A stretch of 46,040 bases of DNA from Halobacteriota archaeon (GTDB lineage Archaea; Halobacteriota; Syntropharchaeia; DAOWMC01): assembly GCA_034189535.1 (NCBI GenBank), contig JAXHUQ010000002.1:1-46040 (forward strand), in the 5' to 3' direction. Below the pieces are notes generated by a model. That model was not told the origin of the DNA, did no database searches, and was given only the letters and a program-made list of their open reading frames with translations. The position numbers and the translations under genes were made by a program. Every line of letters starts with the position of its first letter. The stretch's first letter is position 1. Positions 39,114 to 46,040 of this stretch are shown in pieces.

Positions 39114-39407
39114 ATGAAAAAGTGATGGCAATTTTGTACTACTAGATGTCAGAACAAGAAAAGAGTTCACAAGAGATACGGTTGAGGGCGCTATCAATAT
39201 TGATATACGATCCGATACATTCAAAGAAGATATTGGAAGGTTGATACCGAAAAAGTCCGATAAATTTTTCATCTATTGCAAGAGCGGGAGTCGAGTCTTA
39301 GCAAGAAGGCTCAGAGATTGTTGAGTTAACTCGGGTATTCTGAGGTTTATAATTTAAGAGAGGAAATCGCCCAATGGATGAAAGAGGGATTCCCTATCAC
39401 AGTATAG
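39114..39407 (+). pseudogene. Single-domain rhodanese (sulfurtransferase) gene disrupted by two frameshifts
   Basis: No ORF of 60 aa or more here. Hand translation shows ATG AAA AAG TGA (39114-39125). The next frame reads SDGNFVLLDVRTRKEFTRDTVEGAINIDIRSDTFKEDIGRLIPKKSDKFFIYCKSGSRVLARRLRDC*, with the active-site loop CKSGSR intact and TGA at 39322-39324. A third frame reads LGYSEVYNLREEIAQWMKEGFPITV* (stop 39405-39407). Removing one A from the A5 run at 39117-39121 would give MKSDGNFVLLDVRT.... Confidence 0.6.
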
Positions 39408-39441
39408 TCGTATGCCGATCAAGAAGTTGATCTGAGATTCT

Positions 39442-40059
39442 TCACATCCAGCTGAGGTACATATGATTGATCATATCGAAGTTCTTTTTCACGTTAACTT
39501 CCCCCCATACGGCTTCACCATGACCTGAGAGGATATAATCGATATCTAGCTTCGACATCCGTTCTATTGAGTCTTTTATTAGTGCAGGATCTCCACCTTT
39601 AAAGTCCGTTCTACCGATGCCGTTCAGAAATATAAGATCCCCACAGATCAAAATCTTCTCTTCTGACCAGTACAAAGATATGCTCTCTGGTGAGTGGCCG
39701 GGAGTATGAAATATCTTCAAATTCACTTCACCTAGGTCGAGATGGTCGCCAAAATATACAGCAGGTTTTCTTGAAGAGTACTGCTTCTTTGCACCCTCGT
39801 ATGCTGCAAACTTTGCTCCGGTCTCACTTCTAAATGCCCTGTTGGCTCCTGAATGATCCGGGTGAACGTGAGTGTTAAGAAGAAGGTCGATCGTCTTGGG
39901 ATCTATCCCGTCTCTTTTGATATCTTCCAGGAGATACTGTAAGTATGTGGTAGCTCCAGGATCTATGAGAAGGCTTTTATCAGATACAAAAAGGTAAGTG
40001 TTACAGTCCATCATCCCCTTCTCAGGATACCAGTACAGATTTTTATTAAGCTCCATCAA
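39442..40059 (-). CDS. MBL-fold metallo-hydrolase (glyoxalase II / hydroxyacylglutathione-hydrolase-like)
   Basis: NTYLF...LLIDPG, HxHxDH motif THVHPDHSGAN, FHTPGHSPES, ICGDLIF...GR.D, SGHG. Confidence 0.8.
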   Translation of the reverse strand: MMELNKNLYWYPEKGMMDCNTYLFVSDKSLLIDPGATTYLQYLLEDIKRDGIDPKTIDLLLNTHVHPDHSGANRAFRSETGAKFAAYEGAKKQYSSRKPAVYFGDHLDLGEVNLKIFHTPGHSPESISLYWSEEKILICGDLIFLNGIGRTDFKGGDPALIKDSIERMSKLDIDYILSGHGEAVWGEVNVKKNFDMINHMYLSWM

Positions 40060-40120
40060 CCACTCATAATCCTTGATTAGATATAAACATTCTTTTTGAT
40101 GGGGTATTTAAGGCCCAAGG

Positions 40121-40396
40121 TTACTTGGACTTAGTATGCTGTGTTTCTGACCCGAAGATGTACCTGATAAGTAAATATCTAAGGATAATCAGCTCGAGAG
40201 CAAAGATGATAATAAGTATTATTCCCATAGTGGATCTGGCCAGTACCGAGACGAAAGGTATACCGGCGTAGGAGATAAATATCACTACTATAATAGAGAT
40301 AAAGGCAATCATGATTGCCAAAAACATCTGAAAGACTTCGTAACCTTTGGATTTTATCCCCTTATCTTTGGTGGTCTTTTCATTCATGTATACCAA
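40121..40396 (-). CDS. Small membrane protein, 2 predicted TM helices, hypothetical
   Basis: 91 aa. VFQMFLAIMIAFISIIVVIFISYAGIPFVSVL and MGIILIIIFALELIILRYLLIRYIF hydrophobic spans. Divergent from the ADH gene with under 50 nt between starts. Confidence 0.5.
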   Translation of the reverse strand: MVYMNEKTTKDKGIKSKGYEVFQMFLAIMIAFISIIVVIFISYAGIPFVSVLARSTMGIILIIIFALELIILRYLLIRYIFGSETQHTKSK

Positions 40397-40433
40397 GTAT
40401 TAATGGTATTTGGCTTTTAAAGTTTCTGATATC

Positions 40434-41459
40434 ATGAGAGTTGCAATGTATTATAATAACAGTGATCTGCGTCTGGAAGAGTTACCTATCCCAAGCATCA
40501 GTAGCCGTGAATTGCTTGTAAAAGTGATAGCAAGCGGAATATGTGGTAGCGATGTTATGGAGTGGTATCGCATCAAAAAAGCTCCTCTTGTGCTCGGTCA
40601 CGAGATCACAGGCGTTATTGAACAGGTTGGTAGCGATGTGAAATCATTCTCTACCGGTGACAGAGTCTTCGTCTCACACCACGTCCCATGCAACAGTTGC
40701 AGGTATTGCCTAGATGGGAGATACACCGTCTGTGACACCTTGCACACAACCAACTTTTATCCGGGAGGTTTCTCTGAGTACCTGCGTGTCCCGGAGATAA
40801 ATGTTGATCGTGGAGTCTTTTTGTTACCTGAAGAGATATCGTTTGAAGATGGTACATTCATAGAACCGCTTGCATGCGTACTACACGCTCAGAGGATGGT
40901 GGGTCTCAGGGCTGGGCAGAGTGTGCTTGTCATCGGAAGTGGGATATCCGGTCTCTTGCACATCAGGCTCGGAAGGGCGCTTGGTGCATTCCGCATCTTT
41001 GCAACCGATATAAATGACTATCGTCTTGAGATGGCGAAGATATCTGGAGCATACGGAATGATACACGCAGAAGAGGACGTACCAGAACGTCTCAAGCAGT
41101 TGAACGATGGAAGACTTGCAGATCTTGTGATAGTATGTACTGGCGCTCCTTCTGCTATTGATCAGGCCTTAAAATCCGTGGACAGGGGGGGAACAGTTCT
41201 ATTCTTTGCCCCTTCAAAACCTGACGTCTCTGTACCATTCCCACTCAATGACTTCTGGAGAAACGAGATTACAGTTACAACATCATATGCAGCAAGTCCT
41301 AGTGACATATCGACTTCTATCAGGCTCCTGCAATCAAAGAGGGTGGAGGTGAGCGATCTCATCACCCATAGACTGAGCCTCTCAGAAACAGGAGAAGGCT
41401 TCAAGCTTGTCGAGAGCGGTGGGGAATCAGTAAAGGTCATCATCGAGCCACAGAGATGA
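40434..41459 (+). CDS. Zinc-dependent medium-chain alcohol/polyol dehydrogenase (threonine/sorbitol dehydrogenase-like)
   Basis: Track start TTG 40410. ATG 40434 gives MRVAMYYNNSDLRLEELPIP, typical for the family N-terminus. Catalytic Zn GICGSDV...GHEITGVIEQVG. Structural Zn CNSCRYCLDGRYTVC. Rossmann VLVIGSGISGLL. Confidence 0.85.
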   Translation: MRVAMYYNNSDLRLEELPIPSISSRELLVKVIASGICGSDVMEWYRIKKAPLVLGHEITGVIEQVGSDVKSFSTGDRVFVSHHVPCNSCRYCLDGRYTVCDTLHTTNFYPGGFSEYLRVPEINVDRGVFLLPEEISFEDGTFIEPLACVLHAQRMVGLRAGQSVLVIGSGISGLLHIRLGRALGAFRIFATDINDYRLEMAKISGAYGMIHAEEDVPERLKQLNDGRLADLVIVCTGAPSAIDQALKSVDRGGTVLFFAPSKPDVSVPFPLNDFWRNEITVTTSYAASPSDISTSIRLLQSKRVEVSDLITHRLSLSETGEGFKLVESGGESVKVIIEPQR

Positions 41460-41474
41460 AGTGTATGGAGGGAC

Positions 41475-41489
41475 TTTTGTCTCTTTTTT
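41475..41489 (+). terminator. T4...T6 tract after the ADH gene; candidate oligo-T terminator
   Basis: cTTTTgtctcTTTTTT read 16-30 nt after the ADH stop. Confidence 0.3.
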
Positions 41490-41853
41490 AAATATACCGG
41501 ATGAAATAATAATTATTGTATGATTTTTATTCATCCAGAACGTGCGAGTTACAGGGCTTGAGGGATGAATACAATCATAGGAGTATAGCAGAGAGAGTAG
41601 TAATATCTTTTAAGAAGGTCGTATTTTGTTATATTAAAACAAGCCCGCTGAGACAGATTTAGAAAGAAAAAGTACAGAATAATCGACGAACGCTATTATG
41701 TTTGCAGGTATTATACTCCTTTTTGTTGGATTATATAAGGTTTCTACTGAGTCAATTAATATTTTAACTCACATCAATTGAAGATTACACTAGCCGATTA
41801 CCGTATTTTTTGTTACAATTCCGATTGTTTTTATATGTACTTGCAATAGATAA

Positions 41854-42069
41854 CGAATCCGGGACTATTCCGGTAGAGCATCACTATGGTTTGGCGAGAT
41901 AAAGGATGGTGATCGAGTTATCGTCAGTGGCCTGTTCAGGGCGTCTGATGGGACTATCATAGCAGATGATGTGAGCAAAGCTCTTATTTTTGGAATACCT
42001 GGATTTGAAGCCGTATTTGGAATAATAGGATTACTTGCAGTAGCTTTCATCCTGTTAAGATCAAGATGA
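41854..42069 (+). pseudogene. Start-less C-terminal remnant of a PGF-CTERM-anchored (archaeosortase-A substrate) surface protein
   Basis: Hand translation of the + strand after TAA (41851-41853): RIRDYSGRASLWFGEIKDGDRVIVSGLFRASDGTIIADDVSKALIFGIPGFEAVFGIIGLLAVAFILLRSR* (stop 42067-42069). PGF (41998-42006) + hydrophobic helix + basic tail is the PGF-CTERM tripartite signal. The 71 codons contain no ATG, and the only GTG leaves about 30 aa. The track ORF 41865..42050 (-) is its antisense shadow. Confidence 0.6.
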
Positions 42070-42404
42070 CGTTTTTTAGGGTAATAAATCGGGATAGATG
42101 AGGATTACTCTTCGTTTTATATCTATCATTACCACAAGATATGCTACTGGGAATTTACCTTTCCTAATAGCTATGTTTTTAAAAGTTATATTGTTGCATC
42201 GAGTGTGGTTACAGTTTAGGTAACTATAAATTTCGAAGTTGAAAATACGGTTTATGGCTCGATAGGGGAAAACTATATTTTGACTCAGTACTATTCACAA
42301 AAAAGAAGGTTTATTAAAAAAACCTTATTAAATCCACGTACTTCAAGAGCAAATTATTGTGGCTGAGTTTGGAAAAGGGGGAGACTAACACCTTTTAGAA
42401 CTGG

Positions 42405-42440
42405 CATATAAAAGTTAAATTACATTACCGTTTATAAAAG
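42405..42440 (+). promoter_or_regulatory. Two TATA-box-like elements upstream of the AAA+ gene
   Basis: CATATAAAAG (42405-42414) and TTTATAAAAG (42431-42440) lie 27-62 nt upstream of ATG 42467. AAGGA Shine-Dalgarno-like sequence at 42453-42457. Assignment is by position and archaeal TATA consensus only. Confidence 0.3.
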
Positions 42441-42466
42441 AAGTATTTGATAAAGGATGATATTAC

Positions 42467-43492
42467 ATGAGAAGTGATTTGATAAAGAGATTATTTCAAG
42501 CTTATGCTGAATTTGATAACGTTAAATTTATTGAAACTGCAAACGAAATTATCAAAGAGGAAGAAAGAAAGAAGCACAATTTATTAGCTAAAGATCTAAA
42601 AAAAATCATTTCTTCTAAATCACAACTAAATTTTGAACCGAATAGAATATCAAAGCGTTATAAATCTAATGTACCTATTCCAAGAGATACCGAAAAAGGT
42701 TTTCCCCTACTTGAACTTAGAGAGTATTATTATAGTTTAGACGATGTGATTTTAACCGATGAACTTAAAGAAAGGGTCCAATATGTACTTGAAGAGCTTA
42801 AATCTACTGAAGTTCTTAGCACATTTGGATTAAAACCAAAGCGAAAGATACTTTTTTGCGGTCCACCCGGTACAGGTAAAACATTAAGTTCTAAGGTTAT
42901 CAGTTCTGTTATCGATTACCCATTGGTTTATATTAGATTTGATTCCATAGTTTCTTCTTATTTAGGTGAAACTGCAACAAATCTGAGAAAAATCTTTGAT
43001 TTTATTGAGCAAGGTGAGTGGGTCGTATTATTTGATGAATTTGATATTATTGGTAAAAAAAGAGACGATCCCTATGAACATGGGGAGATAAAGCGTGTTG
43101 TTAATAATTTTATGCAAATGTTAGATAATTGTGAAGGAAATAGTCTTATTATTGCTGCAACAAACCACCAGCAATTATTGGATTCCGCGATATGGAGGCG
43201 GTTTGATGACATTTTATATTTTGATTTGCCTGACATACATCGTAGAGAACAGTTGTTTAACAAATATTTAAAAGTATTAAAAAGGCAGAAAAATCTTAAT
43301 CTATCCAAAATAGCTGATATTACGGAAGGCTTTTCACCTGCAGATATTGCTCAAGTATGTGAAGAGGCCCTAAGGAGAGTTATTGTAAGTAACAAGGAAA
43401 AAATTAGTTATGAGGATATCATTTTGGCAATTGACCAACAGAAACGTATGAAAAATGTAACAGAGGATGGTGATTATGGCAGGAAGATATGA
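42467..43492 (+). CDS. Classical-clade AAA+ ATPase (IetA-like), single ATPase module behind a helical N-domain
   Basis: 341 aa. Walker A FCGPPGTGKTL. Walker B VVLFDEFD. Sensor-1 IIAATN. Second region of homology LLDSAIWRRFDDILYF (Vps4/spastin-like LD.A..RRF). C-terminal lid FSPADIAQVCEEA. No TM segment or signal peptide. Confidence 0.85.
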   Translation: MRSDLIKRLFQAYAEFDNVKFIETANEIIKEEERKKHNLLAKDLKKIISSKSQLNFEPNRISKRYKSNVPIPRDTEKGFPLLELREYYYSLDDVILTDELKERVQYVLEELKSTEVLSTFGLKPKRKILFCGPPGTGKTLSSKVISSVIDYPLVYIRFDSIVSSYLGETATNLRKIFDFIEQGEWVVLFDEFDIIGKKRDDPYEHGEIKRVVNNFMQMLDNCEGNSLIIAATNHQQLLDSAIWRRFDDILYFDLPDIHRREQLFNKYLKVLKRQKNLNLSKIADITEGFSPADIAQVCEEALRRVIVSNKEKISYEDIILAIDQQKRMKNVTEDGDYGRKI

Positions 43493-45575
43493 ACACTTAA
43501 CACTACCATTTGTTCCCGAAGATTTCTTACGCAAAAAAAGGAGGGGTTGGTCTGAATATAAAAAAGTGGAAAGAAGCAAGAATGAATTCTATAAAACTGA
43601 AATTCAAAAATTTAATGGGATCCAACAAAAACACAGAGCTGAAAAGAACAGATTTAAAGAATATCTTGATCCAAATCTAATTTTTAAGATTGAAATTAAT
43701 CAAAATGTATCTGAAGAAGCTTTTAAGACAGAATTGAAACGTATGGATACTGAAGTCATCTCTCCATCCCCTGATAAAAAAGGTTATTGGGTTGTATTTG
43801 CAGAAGATGAAGAATTTGAAAAATTTCAGAGTAAGCTAAAAGATTATGCAGGAGATATTGAAGATAAAAAATATTCTTTTTTCAATGCTATTGATGGAAT
43901 CTCTGACATCCCTTCTGAAGAGAAGATTGGAGAATATCTTCAAAAAGAACCTTTTGAGGAGGATGAATATTCTTCTTTGGACATAGAAATATGGAGAATG
44001 GACGATGACAGACTAAATGAGTTCTTAAAAGGATTTAAAAGGTTAATATCTGGAAAAAATGGAGAGACCGTTGATGGGTTTGTCACTGAAAATTTTTGTC
44101 TTATGAAGGTAAAGGTTGGTAAACAGTTGTATGAAGATATTTTAAGTTTACGTGAAATAGCTCATGTTGATAGACCGCCAAAAATAAAATTGGAAACACC
44201 GTTAGATATAGACATTGAAGAACTAAATATCGGTAGTAAACCACCAGAAGATGCCACTGGAATTTTGGTAGTTGATTCTGGAATTCTCTCAAGTCATCCA
44301 TTGTTAGAGAATGCTGTGGGAGACGAAATTGCAGTGGGTACAAGATACAGTACAAATGTTTCGGAAGACAGACCTTATGATGACGTGGGACATGGGACAC
44401 AGGTTGCAGGATTAGCCCTTTATGGAGACATCGATGAATGTATTAGAAATAGAAATTTTGACCCCGAAGCATGGATATTCTCTGCAAAGGTGATGTTTAA
44501 AGACGAGTATGGTTATGCTACTTATGATGAAGATGAACTACTTGAGCACCAGTTAGATGAAGCTGTTAGAAGAATTGTAAAAGAATATTCAAAATGTAAA
44601 ATTATAAATTTATCAATTGGAGATTCCGCAAAAAGAATGTATGAAGGAAAGCGGCAATTCAATCTTGCTGCCCTTGTCGATGAATTATCCAAAGAACTAA
44701 ACGTAATTTTTGTTGTATCTGCAGGAAATTATGAGTATCAGATTCAAGATGAGTATCCAAATTTTCTATTAGATGATTCGACAGATAGGGTAAAAATCAT
44801 TGATCCTGCAACATCTGCGCTTGCTTTAACTGTTGGCGCATTATCTAAGAATGCTATAGATGAGGCTCTATTGGAGGATCTTGTAGGATATCCTTCACTT
44901 ATAACAAGGGTGGGACCGGGATATAAAGGAATGATTAAACCAGAACTCGTAGAAAATGGAGGTGATGGGTTCGACAGGGAGTTTGACGTTATTACAATTA
45001 ACCCCCATTGGATTGAGGATGGATGCCTCTTCACAAAAGATTGCGGAACAAGTTTTAGCGCCCCTAATGTTTCAAATTATATTGCAAGACTGATGAACAA
45101 ATTTCCCGACAGATCCCCTAATCTGATTAAAGCGTTATTGATTTACTCAGCATCAATTCCTGAAAAAAGACCCGCAATCTTGTCTGAGATAGGTATAAAC
45201 GATAGTGATAAAAAAGCTATGAACCTTTTAAAAGTATATGGATTTGGGAAGCCAAACTTTGATAAATGTATTTTTTCCGAAGATAATCGAGTAGTTTTGC
45301 TCCGTGAGAATACGATTAAACCAAATAACATTCATGTGTACCCAGTTTATTTATCCAAGGAATTTATTGAAGAAAAAGGAAATAGACAAATCTCTGTAAC
45401 ACTTGTATTTGATCCACCGATAAACAAAAATAGAGTGGAATATCTTGGAGTGGCTATGGAAACACATCTTTTCAAAAATATACCGATAGAAAATGTGATT
45501 GGCAAATATAGCTCTGAAAAGATAGGTGACAAGGAAGAGATAATACCAGAGGATATCAAAAAGAATGAAATCTGA
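43467..45575 (+). CDS. Cytoplasmic S8-family subtilisin-like serine peptidase (IetS-like), ended by an in-frame TGA
   Basis: 702 aa. Catalytic Asp ILVVDSGI, His VGHGTQVAG, oxyanion Asn VVSAGN, Ser CGTSFSAPNV. About 260-aa non-catalytic N-region. No signal peptide. Start 43467, or ATG 43476 lying 8 nt after GAGGA. Overlaps the AAA+ gene 3' end by up to 26 nt. Confidence 0.85.
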   Translation: MVIMAGRYEHLTLPFVPEDFLRKKRRGWSEYKKVERSKNEFYKTEIQKFNGIQQKHRAEKNRFKEYLDPNLIFKIEINQNVSEEAFKTELKRMDTEVISPSPDKKGYWVVFAEDEEFEKFQSKLKDYAGDIEDKKYSFFNAIDGISDIPSEEKIGEYLQKEPFEEDEYSSLDIEIWRMDDDRLNEFLKGFKRLISGKNGETVDGFVTENFCLMKVKVGKQLYEDILSLREIAHVDRPPKIKLETPLDIDIEELNIGSKPPEDATGILVVDSGILSSHPLLENAVGDEIAVGTRYSTNVSEDRPYDDVGHGTQVAGLALYGDIDECIRNRNFDPEAWIFSAKVMFKDEYGYATYDEDELLEHQLDEAVRRIVKEYSKCKIINLSIGDSAKRMYEGKRQFNLAALVDELSKELNVIFVVSAGNYEYQIQDEYPNFLLDDSTDRVKIIDPATSALALTVGALSKNAIDEALLEDLVGYPSLITRVGPGYKGMIKPELVENGGDGFDREFDVITINPHWIEDGCLFTKDCGTSFSAPNVSNYIARLMNKFPDRSPNLIKALLIYSASIPEKRPAILSEIGINDSDKKAMNLLKVYGFGKPNFDKCIFSEDNRVVLLRENTIKPNNIHVYPVYLSKEFIEEKGNRQISVTLVFDPPINKNRVEYLGVAMETHLFKNIPIENVIGKYSSEKIGDKEEIIPEDIKKNEI

Positions 45576-45833
45576 TTACATCTAGGCGTTAGTTTACGGA
45601 AGAAAGGAGTGCATCAGAGAGGTATTAAACAATTTAAAGTGAGAACAAATATCAATGTAGATAATCCCCTTGTTTTAGTAGTGATCTGCCAAAACCGGTG
45701 GATTAAAGACGATAACTACAGGCAAGAATATGCAGTTATTGTATCAATTGAACACTCCAAAGAAATTGATTTGTATAATCAAATCCGCCTCAAGAATAAA
45801 GAAAAGGTTCAAATTTCGATTCACACAACTTAA
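45576..45833 (+). other. In-frame continuation of the S8 peptidase reading frame after the TGA at 45573-45575 (85 sense codons + TAA)
   Basis: 45609 - 43467 = 2142, which is divisible by 3. The 11 codons between the TGA and track ORF 45609..45833 (tta cat cta ggc gtt agt tta cgg aag aaa gga) contain no stop. Reading: ...IKKNEI*LHLGVSLRKKGVHQRGIKQFKVRTNINVDNPLVLVVICQNRWIKDDNYRQEYAVIVSIEHSKEIDLYNQIRLKNKEKVQISIHTT*. Confidence 0.5.
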
Positions 45834-45924
45834 GTCTACATTGGATAAATAAAACACATAAAATGGATTAATGGGGAAAAAATAATCGATTTTATTGTTG
45901 ATATAGTTAAAAGATAGACAATGA

Positions 45925-46040
45925 TTACTTCTTCTCCTTCCCCGCCTTCTTGACAGCCTTCACAACATCTCTTGTGCTGACCCTGTGTGTATGAAGTCCC
46001 AGATGTTTGTCCTTCATCCCAAAGGCCATACCGAGAAGCT
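45925..46040 (-). CDS. 3' end of an unidentified gene entering from the right window edge
   Basis: Hand translation of the minus strand: ...LLGMAFGMKDKHLGLHTHRVSTRDVVKAVKKAGKEKK* (stop = complement of 45925-45927). Composition returns to the higher-GC, core-like style. Product not recognised. Confidence 0.45.
   Translation of the reverse strand, partial: LLGMAFGMKDKHLGLHTHRVSTRDVVKAVKKAGKEKK

Noticed and set aside
41865-42050. 61-aa minus-strand ORF from the track.
   Set aside because: The opposite (+) frame encodes a textbook PGF-CTERM signal. The minus ORF is its antisense shadow.
45573-45575. The in-frame TGA of the S8 gene as a selenocysteine codon.
   Set aside because: I could see no recognisable SECIS-like stem-loop in the short 3' region. 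A Sec in a C-terminal non-catalytic domain of a subtilase has no precedent that I know of. The inferred lineage (Methanosarcinales-like) is not known for Sec use. A nonsense mutation or sequencing error is more parsimonious. The idea is kept only as a minor alternative in the finding.

Overview
This looks like an archaeal chromosomal window, probably from a Methanosarcinales-like euryarchaeon. That is inferred from a split GMP synthase subunit B, an archaeal-type dUTPase, a SAMP/MoaD-like GG-ending protein, a PGF-CTERM sorting signal, AmmeMemoRadiSam protein B, TATA-like AT boxes and oligo-T gene ends. The window is roughly 90% coding. All motif calls, coordinates and composition statements were made by eye. 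Nothing was searched or computed.

**Layout**
- **1-19.5 kb:** mostly housekeeping and metabolic genes. These include a class V aminotransferase (partial), a transglutaminase-like membrane protein, an ABC-class ATPase, TldD/PmbA, a HAD hydrolase, guaA subunit B, MBL hydrolases, dUTPase, a VOC protein, a PRC-barrel protein, a MoaD-like protein, flavodoxin, Memo/AmrB, ferredoxin, a PurH-like MGS domain, a NifX-like protein and a GyrI-like protein. An AT-richer accessory stretch at about 6-10.9 kb interrupts them. It holds orphan ORFs, a TPR fragment, a methyltransferase/CPBP-protease pair, an orphan 234-aa protein and an (AT)14 microsatellite.
- **20.2-36.6 kb:** a 16.4-kb array of nine co-directional, almost gap-free two-component genes. 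It contains three Rcp1-like stand-alone receivers, five soluble multi-PAS histidine kinases and one REC-PAS-kinase hybrid, with about 26 PAS modules and no output domain. Two adjacent kinases share a 656-bp near-perfect direct repeat, of which 563 bp are identical, covering exactly the kinase core. PAS modules are shared between paralogues in a mosaic pattern.
- **36.6-41.5 kb:** an eRF1/Vms1-like (VLRF1) protein with GGWSQ in place of GGQ plus a zinc ribbon, an alpha/beta hydrolase, a twice-frameshifted rhodanese pseudogene, an MBL hydrolase and a Zn-ADH.
- **41.5-45.9 kb:** a visibly AT-rich islet. It holds a start-less PGF-CTERM gene remnant and an overlapping AAA+ ATPase / cytoplasmic S8 subtilase pair. 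This is the best candidate for a defence-type system, with Iet (ietAS)-like architecture in an archaeon. A single in-frame TGA interrupts the subtilase ORF 86 codons before the end of the open frame.

I did not recognise any rRNA, tRNA, CRISPR array or intact transposase.
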